DNA of 64,000 nucleotides from Pocillopora damicornis (Eukaryota): contig NW_020846747.1 in NCBI RefSeq assembly GCF_003704095.1, positions 558,001 to 622,000 on the forward strand. Reading direction: 5' to 3'. The notes under the pieces are model-generated. The model saw only the letters and a list, made by a program, of their open reading frames with translations, had not been told where the DNA came from and searched no databases. A program made the position numbers and the translations under genes. This document shows positions 53,286 to 64,000 of the stretch, piece by piece. Position 1 is the stretch's first letter, and each line of letters begins with the position of its first letter.

Positions 53286-54955
53286 GATAAACAAAGTAAG
53301 GTGTAAGCAAACATGACTTTGAGTTTACTGAAGTTTAATTAACTTTATGGATACAAGCTGTAGTCAATTAATCTAGTGTTTAAAATAGTGGTAAGATTGA
53401 GCTCGCAGCAAGATGAATTCTTCGTTTTTTTTTTTGTTTTTTTTTTTGCTATTAGCGATGGACTCTTGAATTGAAAAAGCAGGCCAAAGAGCTTTAGTGT
53501 TTTTTGTTTTTTGTTGTTTATTTCAGTTTAGCATTTCATTATTGTCTTGAACCTACGGTCTCCTTAAACGCTACCCCCCCCCCCCCCCTCCCCTTGACGA
53601 GTTAATTTCTGCAACGTTTATCGTGACAGAATCTCTTTTGCGTGACACTTAAAGCCCTATAGTGCTTGTAGTTGGATAGAATTGAGACAAGGAAGGTGTC
53701 TGATCTTTGCCAGAACATAGTCCTTGATACATAACAAAATATACACAATATACAGTCATAATATGTAATTGCTTCGAAATCTTTTTCAAGCTAACGGGGC
53801 TCACAATCAGTTCTAACGGGCTTTTAAAGAACCACACGGCTAAAAATAGTTGGCCAGTTTCAGGTTCCTTAAACGCGTATGTCAGTTTTCTAAACCCAGC
53901 TTAGATGGGATACTTTATGCGACAATAATTACCTGTTAAAGCTACTGCTACAAATTGTTAATGAGGCGGGTAATAGCAACGTGTTATAATTGGTTCCTTT
54001 TGAATCAAAAGTCTCTCTGATATTGATCAACCATGTACTCGGCACTCAGAAGTCTCAGATCAAATCCCGAGAGACGAAAATCATCATAATATTTCAGTAA
54101 TCAAAACCAAATATTCTACAGTCAAGCGTAGAGTCACGTGGTCTACTTCATCGCTCAGCAGATGAGGCATCAACAACCGTGCCTGCTCAGGGTAAAGATT
54201 TCTGGCCATAATAATCTTACCAAAACTTCAGAGTCGAAAATCAAATTATTCTCAGATTAAAATAGCACTCGCCTCAAAGGATAATCGTAGATAATATGTT
54301 GCTTAATTCGATTTGATGCTAAAATGAAATTCAGTACTCACAAGATCTCTAAAGCTTAAAACTGTTTACATGTACTAGCTGTTGTAAAAAATATTGTAGT
54401 TCATCGAGGTGTTATAGATTAATAAATCGCTTGTCTCTCGGTGCAAGACTCTAGGCTAATCAATTTTATATATGTTGTATACACCTGTTTTCAAAAACAT
54501 TGCGATTTGAAAATATATATGAAATATATACACCTTTTCTTTTTCATTAAAAAAGGTGTCGACAGAATAAATAGTGATTATGGGGACAATTTTTCAAAAG
54601 GAAAGTGCCATAGCTGCGGCCAAAATTTCCAAAGTCTTTGTTTCACCATCGAGCAATAACAAAAAAGGTATTGCTCCTTCGATGTGAAATATAGGTGCAT
54701 CGTCCATCACCTTTTAAGCGAGAAAAGAAAAGGTCTATATATAAACTTATATTTTCAAATTGAAAACAGATGTATATACTAGCCATGTCTAGAAAATCAC
54801 CTTTAATATTTCATCTACTTTTCTAAGACGAGAAAATTGAATTGGTCGCTATTTTTCTCAACCGTAATAAAGGGTTTAATCTATATTTCTAGATAAAGAG
54901 AACTCCCTATCAGAACTCAGCAATATATATTTCTTTCCAAGGCTATCGATTCACT

Positions 54956-57900
54956 TCATGAGTCTTCATTAGCCCCTTCAGTTATACTTCTGTTTGTGGC
55001 AGCACCCGGTCCAGCCTCTAGAAAACTGAATCATTTAAAACGTTTAGTTAATTACTACTTTTTAAAAAACATTTTTGCTTGATGTGAGAAAGGTCAACCA
55101 GCGAACAACAAGCTTTATTTTCTGCGATTATTGAGGAAGCAGGAGAATGGGAACAAAGGATAATAAATAAGTCTTTTTTTACAGGAACACACAGGAGGCC
55201 CAAGCTCCAGCTTAGCGATAATCATCTTGCGAAATAAGAGTCATGTCGAAATCATAACAGTTTGTATGGGAATATCCACGACCGCTCTTAGGAATAAAAA
55301 AAATACAGTCAAATTCTAAATAAAAATACCTCACCTTACTTCCACAATGCATCGCTTGTTATCTGACCACTTACTTTGTTGAAAAGAACCCATTTAAGCG
55401 AGTTGTCCATTTCTAGGTTTACTACATAAAAGAAGCCCAAGGCTGCACAACGCCCGACCCGAGAAGTGAAAAATCCAAGCTCAAAATGACCGGGCGGCCC
55501 AACACAGAACCCAAGTACACATATTGTAGTTTCATTACAATTCGCTATCAACTCAATCCTCCCCGTGAAACCGACGCTAAGCCGCACTTAGCACCCGTGG
55601 TTTTAAAACAGTTTATTGATGCCAAGTGACGGTGTGGTCCCCGGCGAGGCACAGTTGGTCGCGTCAAAGTAACATCGACCAGAAGGGCTCACGGCTTAGT
55701 TAGCAAAGGAGGCAGGGTTACCAAGCTGGTTTATAAGGGTCGTGTGTCGTGGTGAATATGTACTGCGGCTTAGCGTCGGCTTCACGGGGAAGATTGAGTT
55801 TGTAGTAAATCTAAATGAAACTGCAGTTTATGCGCTTGGGTTCTGCGTTGGATTTGAGGTCGCCCGGTAATTTTGAGCTTGGATTTTTCGCTTGCGGAAA
55901 TGGAGTGCGCAGCCTTGGGCTTCTCGTATGAGTAGTAAACCTAGAAATGGATGACCTTTTTTTTATTCCTATGAGAGGTCGTTTATACTCCCATACAAAC
56001 TTTTAAAATTTCATCATGACTCTTATTTCGCAAGATGATCATCGCATAGTTGGAGCTTGGGCCGCCTGTGAGGAACATAACCATTATCAGACCACCAAGA
56101 GGAACAATACAAAGGATGGTTTCAGATATTTCTCTTCTAAAAGCAACAAAAACAATGCACTTTCTCCCGTTACCTAGACTGCAGTTACTTTTGTCTCAGT
56201 TCTATAAAATAATGAAGGTGAAGAGTAACTAACAGCCCCGATAAACCTTAATTAGTTAAAAATGCCAGGTCGCCGGTTAATCATATAATTTTACCGTTTA
56301 TGGTCGGTGGTTGAATCAAAGAGCTTAAATGTGAGTATCTCAGTACACTCAATAAAATTGGGTGAATGAAGTTGAGAGGAAAAATAGAAGACAGAGTACT
56401 TACTGCTACAAATTAAAACATAAGGATAATGAACTAATAACTGGTAACTTCCTTCTTATTATTATTCCTTCCCTTATTAGCAGTAAATTTCTGATCCACT
56501 ACACTCAGCACAATTATTGAATATTGCACCACTGTGCAAGTGTACATACCGCTGTACTGCAGATGAAGGTGCTTGAACGTTTAGACTTGGGTTCTCTCCA
56601 GCCACACAAACGTGACCCTCCATGTTGACAGTGTGATTAAAATAGTTATTAACGTTTATTACTGAAATAAAGTATCAATGACACGAAATTGTTAGTCCGT
56701 ATACGCATTGAAATCGTTGTACACTATTCAACACCACACTGCAAATAGCTCGCTGATCAGTTGAAACATTCTGATTAAGGGTGCGTTCCCCTTAGCAGCA
56801 AATCCATTGTCAGATCATTGCTACATTGATTCCACTCTGGACAGGGATTTATCAGATTACTGATCTTGAGGGATCTGAAAACGGATCATTGGGTGATCTC
56901 GGATCAAAATCACTAATCTTAATCCTTCCAAAAGAACGTATCCCAAGGATGCGTTCCTTTGGGAGGTTACGGATTAGGATTTTGTGATCCAAGATCACAC
57001 AGATCACGGTGCATGAAAGGAACGTAGCTGATCTGATAAACAGTTACCATGACAGCAGGCGCGAAATCGTAGAGCGCGTCAGCGGAATCGCAAGCTAAAT
57101 TTAAAAACAAAACAATGGCCTTCCTCTGTAGAGCAGCTGTTGTTTCGTTCATAGAGGAACTTGCCGATGATTCAATACCGCAAGAAGCAAGAAGTTGTGA
57201 AGATGAAGAATTTCTATCGTTTCTTTTGATAACTAGTAGGGAGATGCAGAGCCATGGCCCCATTGAGAATTATTTGAAACGTATCATACAACTTTACATT
57301 GTTTTAGACTTTCGATGTCATTTTCGAATGTCACCTGTTTGAAATGCCAGTTAGCTACTTCCCTTGGTCTGCCTCATGGACAAAGGAATAGGGGAAGACC
57401 TACCATTGACTTATAGAAGCAAGTATTGATTACGATATGGATACTTGGGAACCCTGAGTGCCTGCGATCAGTGGCCGATCGATTCAACATTACATAATAA
57501 AGTGTATTTCTTGTTTATAGCAGAATTTGTGGAGTGATTGCCAACAATCTTTCTGGTCAATATATGAAGTACCTACTTGTTTGAATTGAGTACCGCCGGG
57601 CAAAATGATTAATTTCGGATCCTTCGCCCAGAGGAACGCGTTGAGTCTGTGATTCAATAATCTTGGGTATTCAAATCGCGCAGATCAGTGATACGATAAA
57701 ATCCTTGTGCAGAGTGGATTTGATAAATCACTAATCTGACAATGGATTTGCTCCAAAGGAACGCCACTGATCAAAAAAATTGAACCAAAGGAACGCACCC
57801 TAAGATTAATTTAAAATCTCTAAAAACATACCCGTTGGCATTGTTGTCGACGGCGGGAAAGGAATCAGTTCAGCACTTGATGAGCCAGTCATGAAGTTGC

Positions 57901-60900
57901 TGCCACTGTTGTGGTTATCCGCAAAGCGCTCGCTTGTTCCTGATAAAAGTGACGATTCCCTCACCGCTGGTTGATCAGACTCATCTAAAGCGATATACAG
58001 TGCAGTTTGGTATTTTTGGTTATTCATTGAATCTAACAAATGTTTAAGTAATTAAAACAGTATATTTGAAATGAGTTGAAAAATGATTAATCTCATTTTA
58101 TATAGCATTATTTAGCTTACAAGAAGAGGATACAGTGCAAAGATTTCTAGATTGGAGATTTCCCACGAAGGAAATTAGGTAGTTTTATGTCTCTGATTTC
58201 TTAGTATGCGTTCATCATATCAGCCATTTTATGTCACAATAATAGGTTAACAGTATAGACTTGAAGACCAGCAAAGTTATTTTTACAAAATATTTTTTTC
58301 TCAACCTGTTATTTCCAAATTTTGTTGAGCTTCGGGAGATGAATATCCAAGCGGCTGAGGCTCAAAACTATTGCTTTCAACTTCTATGGTCCCTGATCCC
58401 CATCTGTGAATCAAACGTAGTCTGACGTCTGTCCCTGCTCTGGCGACGTTCACAAGTTTGAGGCTGGTTTCCTTAATTTCTGTTTGTTCTGAGAAGATCT
58501 GCAAATATTCCAGAGCCTTGCTGATGTCGTCTTTCTGCGTAGAATATAGAGTAACTTGAAGGTTGCCTGAGTCTCCGTCAGTTTCACTTTTGAATGAGAC
58601 TGGAAAAGAAGTAATGGGAGCATTTTCAACAACCTCACTTCTTGACTCAGGAAGGACGATCACTGCTTCAAATGCTCCAATTGTAAGAAGATGTCCTCCA
58701 ATGTGAACATGCGCAGTGGCCTCAAGTTGCAATATTTCCTCGCTTTCTTTGATCATCCAAAAGAGCTGAGAATATATTTCTTTCGACATATCGTACTTTA
58801 TGTCATCTCTTGTCTGTTTGTTGATCGAGTTAGTTGGATCCTTTAGTTCAAATTGCACAAGGTGTGATGGATCAAACTTGGCGAACTTCAGCAAACTTAC
58901 TGCAACATTATGGAAATCACGTAAGAAGCTTCCCTCAAAATCTGTAGGGTTTTTTATGATGTCTCTCAAAGAGACGGAAAACAAATCCAATCTTTTGTAT
59001 AATCTACGTGCTTCAGTGCTTTGAAAGAACCCTTCCAGAAATTCCAACATGTCACCCATCATAACACCACTACCCCATCTTTGTATCCGCGATTCTTCTT
59101 GTCGGTCATCGTTGTTGTTGTTTCGACACAGAATCTCGAGAATGTAGCACACCTCATTCAGAAGTTTGAAAATATTATTTTCATGAGCAGCACCTTGAAT
59201 GACTGAAGTAACGTTTTGGAGAGTTGCTTCCTCTGTTACTCCTCTTAATCCACTCGGTGTTCGTTGAATTTTTTCCTCTCGGAAGATTTCTTTAATGGCT
59301 TGGATGAACTCAGAAACAATGCATAGGAAACTGCTTGTAATGAATTCATCCTCTTGAGATGAGAACATATGCGTGCACATCTTTCCAACGCTCTCGGGTA
59401 GTCGCCTTTTCATCACAAGAACAGAGGCAAAATTCTCTGTTTGAGTTGCTGATTCCACCTCTCCTTTGGAGGTTGCGTTCTCAATACAGCAGTCTCTCAA
59501 AACTGCGCTACAAAGCATCTCTACTTCGCGACCAAAATATTTCATAAGGTCAGAATCCTGATGTCTTAAACCTGCGATTTTAAATGCCAGGTCTCTCAAG
59601 TGTTCAATGTGCATTTGCCCCCTCTCTTTCACCTTAAATTCTAAAGAAATATAGAGAAATTAAGTGACTGTTACTTGAATAGAACAAAATAGTGATCATG
59701 GTTCTTATCCGAAATCCTCTGTCCCCAACATTTGACTCGATGAGTAGGACACCTGACCACGTAGCTCAAGTCTTGGAACGGACCAACAATAAAACGAGCG
59801 AGGAGAATATGCCCCACAAGTTTGCAATAACATCTGAAAACAGTTAGACGGTCTAATTTTCTCGGATAAGGTAAAATAAACCATGTGCTTTGACTCCTTC
59901 ATATTTGCCGTAATGGTCTGTGAAGTGCCTAGTGTTCTGGTCTTTTTGTGTTTCCGAAATTGGGAAATGTTGTTAAAAGACAAAATTGGCATCTAGCAAA
60001 GAATTTTCATTACAGGTGATTTTTGACTTACTTGAACGTGAAAATAAATGGAAATAACATATTTGCATAAGCCATTCAGTAGACATTATAATAGGCCAGT
60101 TGATCATTCCTATTCCTTTTGGCAGTCTTATCTTACAGGTAGAGTTTGGTTTTTGTTTTTGCGTAAACTGCGGTTTGCGGCTAGATATCGGTATATTTTC
60201 ATTATGTTGCTAAAAAATAATTAATTACTGAGAAAATGACTCTACCCTATAAAAGTTGATCCCGTACAGGAATTTCCTGGAAATAACCCTCCTTTATAAT
60301 TTTATCCATTTAATACCTTCTTTTTTAGGCTAAATCTATGTCGAATTCCAGATCAGGAAAATAGTTTTCAGTTTATAATTTAGCACGCTCGACACCTGTT
60401 TTCTTGGAGGTGATTTAAAATGTAAACATATGGTACTTTTCCTCTTCTGCACTGAATTTGTAATTGGATAACTTATACGACTAGCACGTAGCTCTTTTAG
60501 AGGCGGTACCTTGGGTACGCCCTTTCTCCTCCGAATTTTGTTTTTATTCTGCTGTTATGCAACAGCCTTCAAGGACTATTTTCTTTTAAGATATCTTTCA
60601 AGTGCGATTTTAATTCTGTTACTAAGTTTACTATAATTTTTATATTTTCAATCTTGTTTTTGTTTTGCCCGAACTTGACCGTAAGACCAAGAAATTTAAG
60701 CCAGAAAGACATTTCGTAAAGCGTAAACATCGCGAAGGTATCCACTTAGTATGCGAACTCCGTTCTGCGTAGCCCAACGTGATTCGTTATTTAAGTGTAA
60801 AAATATGACGGAGGTTAGAGATTGACCGCTCGGTAAGTGTCACCTTTATAAGCGGTGACCCACACTTCCCTCGAGAGATCAGAGCTAGTCCCCGTTGCAA

Positions 60901-63130
60901 TACTTGCGTAATAAAAGAGAGAATAAAATATATAGTCAACTGAACGACGAGTGTCAGGAAATCCTTTCTAACACTTCTTTCTTTTTTCAAATGCGAATAC
61001 TGGCTTTTCACCAAGAATTCAAACAGAATGTGAATTTTCCTCGGGAGGTAGCAAATTTATCTGTGCCATGGAAAGATAAAAACTTCCATTTTTATCATGA
61101 TAAACGACCTCTTAGTCGCACTCAGACCATCGTCTATACACGTAGTCGGAGAGAAGAGACTTACCTTCAGGTTCTAGCTCCTCAAGGGCTCTTTTTAGAT
61201 TGTTCGGATTTGCTGCATCCCCATGCTTTTCCCTCCAGTGTTGTATTGCAAGTTCCAGTTGTTCTTCCTCTCCTTGCCAACATGCAACAACTTGTTGCTG
61301 AGTTTCAACGGGTAATTCGAGCTTTTGAGCTACGGACTTAACGTCGAAAATTGCCCTCTTCACAGCAAGAACGTGTCTCACGTAGCCACACAGATCTGCA
61401 ATTAAAGTTTTTTTTTTTCATCATGAAATAAGCATGCCCATTTAATCTACAGTTTTTTGTTTGAGATCATAGGAGATTCTTTTTTATCGAAAGCTTTTTT
61501 GTAGCAGGACTTATAATTAAACTTAATAAGATTGTAAGAGGCCACACATTCGCAAGTATATGGGCCAAAACAGCTCAAATTTAAAAATTCACTCGAATTA
61601 CTGCAGAAGCTCACCTTGTTGGCAAAACTTGTTCTCGCGAACGTGCCCATATTCGCCTTTCACAAGGATCTTTCCATAAAAAATTTTGGAATTCGCGTTA
61701 GAAACTTGTAAAGGTAATTTGATCACATGTCCAGCATTCCACCAAGCAGTAGAATCCACCACAACTTTAAAGCATTCTTGCTGGTTATTTGCCGGTTTGT
61801 AATCCTCCCCGAGTTGAATTGAGATTGTTAAGATTTCCTTGTTGTAAATGCAGTTTTTTTCCTGTGAATTTCTACAGTCAATAGAAAGTTCTTCGAATCC
61901 ATCTTTTTTGAGCCGCATTATGGCATAATCATCATGATCTCTGTAGTACTCCTCCTGGTACGTGTCTTGGCTCATGAACGCAAGGGCAAGCTCGTCAAAG
62001 GGGCATTGTTGCCGATTACTCTTGAGGAGGACAGACAACTTGTAGTTGAAGGGCATGAGGTTCAGTCGGGTCACAATTTCTTTAGTGCGTACCCATGTTA
62101 ACCTCGCCAGAACAGCAATCAATGAAAAATGACTGACCTTAACTTTTAGTTCCTTCGTTTCAAAATCAAATTTGGACTTATCAGTGATGTCCTCCCAATT
62201 TGGCTTTTGGCTTTGACCGGTCCGAGTTCCATGTAAGACGAGGAGATCACCATGTGAATTCGCTCTTTTGCCGTTCAATGTGACCTCCACAGTGATATGG
62301 GTTTTGAATTTCTGGTCATTAGGTTGACAGTTGACAATAGGAGCAACAAATATCAAATCGTTCTGGAGACCACAACGAGCAATTAGGTAACAGTACCCGT
62401 AAGGTTCCTCCAAAGTAAGTTGGATGGTGACAGGATCTTTCACGGCTCCAGGAGGAAATGTCAAGGTAACGCCTTTTACACTCAGTGATGCTCCATTACT
62501 GGTTACGATTTTAGAAGCTGTGGCATCTTTGTTGTTTTCATCTAAAAAACAAAATAAAATGCTGGGCATCCTGTCTCAAGAAAGTCCAACGCGTACACAA
62601 AAATAACCTCGCTAACTTGCGATTTGATGCCACTTAAGTAGTTTTGAATCATAATCCGATGAACTGAATAACAAATTCGGTTAACTTTCGTTTCTCAGAC
62701 GAGGAGATGAATAAAAAGTATGAAAAAAAGGATCGACTCGGTCGCGGTTGTTGAAAGGTGGATAACGCTACCCACTAGATAATTTTCTATCCGGTGGATA
62801 GCGCAGTGTCTTTTGTTAACCTCCGTTGGATAGCGCCATCTGCCCTTTGAACAAATGGGCCTAAGTCTCTAAAAGTTACATCCTGAAAAATAGACATAAC
62901 TGACTTCCCGCTCAACTTAGCGACTGAGCTTCCCTAATTATTCTTTCTTGAAGGGAGGAGGGTAGCATCTAGATGATAATACATCCTAGTCTGAAGGACT
63001 TTGCTGAAGCCAGTTTTCGTCTGGTTACCTTTTCCAGGAGTCAATTCTCTATGATTCCTTTTTATCATGGGGGGTTCAACAGTGGTGGATACGTCATCGT
63101 AAATTTCTTCCATGGCAAGATATCCTTCCT
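54956..63130 (-). CDS. ZU5-UPA-death-domain protein (PIDD/UNC5CL-like) with N-terminal Tyr motifs, a large unassigned region and a RHIM-like tail; 5' end probably outside the window
   Basis: Model (minus): 63130-63029, 62541-61615, 61395-61165, 59640-58306, 57984-57832, 56661-56550, 55025-54956, all GT-AG and phase-consistent. ZU5: IVTSNGASLSVKGVTLTFPPGAV...VAPIVNCQP...F...ITV...NWEDIT...VSHFS. A UPA-like beta region follows. Death-fold exon: VAQKLELP...EEQLELAIQHWREKHGDAANPNNLKRALEEL. Confidence 0.82.
55190..56070. mobile_element. P-element-superfamily MITE (881 bp) in the last intron of the ZU5 gene
   Basis: Termini CACAGG...CCTGTG fit the CANRG consensus. Long imperfect inverted arms (55190-~55300 vs ~55955-56070 and ~55405-55585 vs ~55765-55950). 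Perfect 7-bp TSD AGGAACA at 55183-55189 and 56071-56077. Confidence 0.8.
56779..57800 (+). mobile_element. PIF/Harbinger deletion derivative with transposase remnant
   Basis: TIR GGGTGCGTTCC/GGAACGCACCC with TAA on both sides. Internal remnants DFRCHFRMS and GRPTIDL*KQVLITIWILGNPECLRSVADRF are typical of the HARBI1-type transposase N-terminus. Confidence 0.85.
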
Positions 63131-63250
63131 CTTAAAAATAAAGGTAGTTAAATGATTTTTATATCTTGACGTAAAATGAATATGTGAATTCTCTCACCCT
63201 CGTTCCCCACTTTTTCTTTCTTGAAGGGTTAGGGGAACATCTGGATGATA

Positions 63251-63920
63251 GATGGTAACGTAGATTAGTAGTGATAATTTTAGACTTATCCCACCCAACT
63301 GTATGGTTGGTTAGGCATGCGTGCTCCGACAAAGCAGAATTTTCTTTTTTTTTTACAAAAGAAGACCGCCTTATGATGCTCTTTCAAACGTGTACCAAAC
63401 TGATGATTGGTCTGTCCGAAATACTCGTGATCACAGTCACTGGACGGAATAGAATAAATAGTGTTGGTATGTTGTTCTTTCGTGACAGGATCCTTAGGTT
63501 TAGCAAAAATATACCCTCAAGTCTGAAAAGGTATTTGAGCAACTTAAACGTTTTTGTTATTCAAAATTCTCTTAGTGGGTTCCGTAAGGCCCTGAATGTA
63601 AGGAATAACAGCAAAACTAGTCGCTGGTTCCTTCTCATCGGGAGTTTTACTGGTTGTAGTTGTAATCGACGTTACCACCAGCGCCTTTGTTTGGAAGCCT
63701 AGCATATCAACTCCGCCCATGCTCTTTTAAATCGTGAAGACGGCTCCTTACTACCTGACGCCTATTTACACCTCGTCAGAATAAAGGGCAGCCAATTGGA
63801 GAGCATATAAAATGACCTCTTGTTGCAGCGATTAGATCACCCCTGATGAAGGCACTAGACAGGAGTGTCGAAACGTTGGGTCTACGAATTGTAACTTCTC
63901 GGTTACATTCATTAAACCTT
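63251..63920. mobile_element. Penelope-like retroelement fragment (GIY-YIG endonuclease region) with inverted 5' part
   Basis: Minus strand 63660-63251 reads FAVIPYIQGLTEPTKRIL...KPKDPVTKEQHTNTIYSIPSSDCDHEYFGQT...GTRLKEH...NSALSEHA...HTVGWDKSKII. Plus strand from 63664 continues NRRYHQRLCLEA*HINSAHALLNREDGSLLPDAYLHL and then a hammerhead-bearing 3' end. Confidence 0.85.
63833..63884 (+). ncRNA. Minimal hammerhead ribozyme motif in the Penelope pLTR
   Basis: ACCC-CTGATGA-A-GGCACT(AGACAGG)AGTGTC-GAAA-CGTT-GGGT: core CUGAUGA/GAAA, 6-bp stem II and stem I ACCC/GGGT. Confidence 0.75.
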
Positions 63921-64000
63921 TAAATCAGAGTATTATCAAACTATGTTTGATTGTCCACCTGGTGGACAATCAGACATATTATAGGTATCTTGGTTAAGAT

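Noticed and set aside
58690-58720. VHIG tetrad (TAHVHIGGHLLTI) as a cryptic RHIM
   Set aside because: It lies within an apparently folded region and lacks the Asn-rich flanks; probably an ordinary beta-hairpin.
60895-61341. 148-aa plus-strand ORF
   Set aside because: Antisense to the death-domain exon; no independent evidence.
63271-63702. 143-aa plus-strand ORF
   Set aside because: Antisense shadow of the Penelope GIY-YIG region; only its last ~12 codons are sense to the element.

Overview
AT-rich metazoan genomic DNA with GT-AG introns and five assembly gaps. It is probably from a stony coral, inferred from the repeat repertoire and gene content and not verified. The left third is gene-poor and holds a decayed ~7.5 kb Polinton/Maverick (adintovirus-like) element at 7259-14787. 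That element has ~250 bp terminal inverted repeats and pseudogenes of protein-primed PolB, an A32/FtsK-type packaging ATPase and an rve integrase, plus several small hydrophobic ORFs; no capsid gene is recognisable. From 32 kb on there are four tightly packed spliced genes, reconstructed by hand with phase-consistent GT-AG junctions. (1) An adhesion-GPCR-type 7TM receptor with a signal peptide and SEA-like ectodomain but no GAIN/GPS (+, ~542 aa). (2) A DBB-ankyrin BCAP/BANK-family adaptor with YxxM motifs and apparently no TIR (+, ~512 aa). (3) An ADAP/FYB-like proline-rich adaptor with tandem YDDx motifs and no SH3 (-, ~245 aa). (4) A 5'-incomplete ZU5(HFS)-UPA-death-domain protein with an ADAP-like YxxM/YDDV exon, a ~445 aa unassigned region and a candidate RHIM-like C-terminal motif (-). 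Together these look like a compact phosphotyrosine/cell-death signalling cluster, the best candidate here for an undescribed system. Introns and intergenic DNA carry P-, Harbinger-, Mutator- and piggyBac-type non-autonomous elements, a tRNA-SINE, a 5'-inverted Penelope fragment and hammerhead ribozyme motifs. All family assignments come from motif recognition by eye; no database searches were run.
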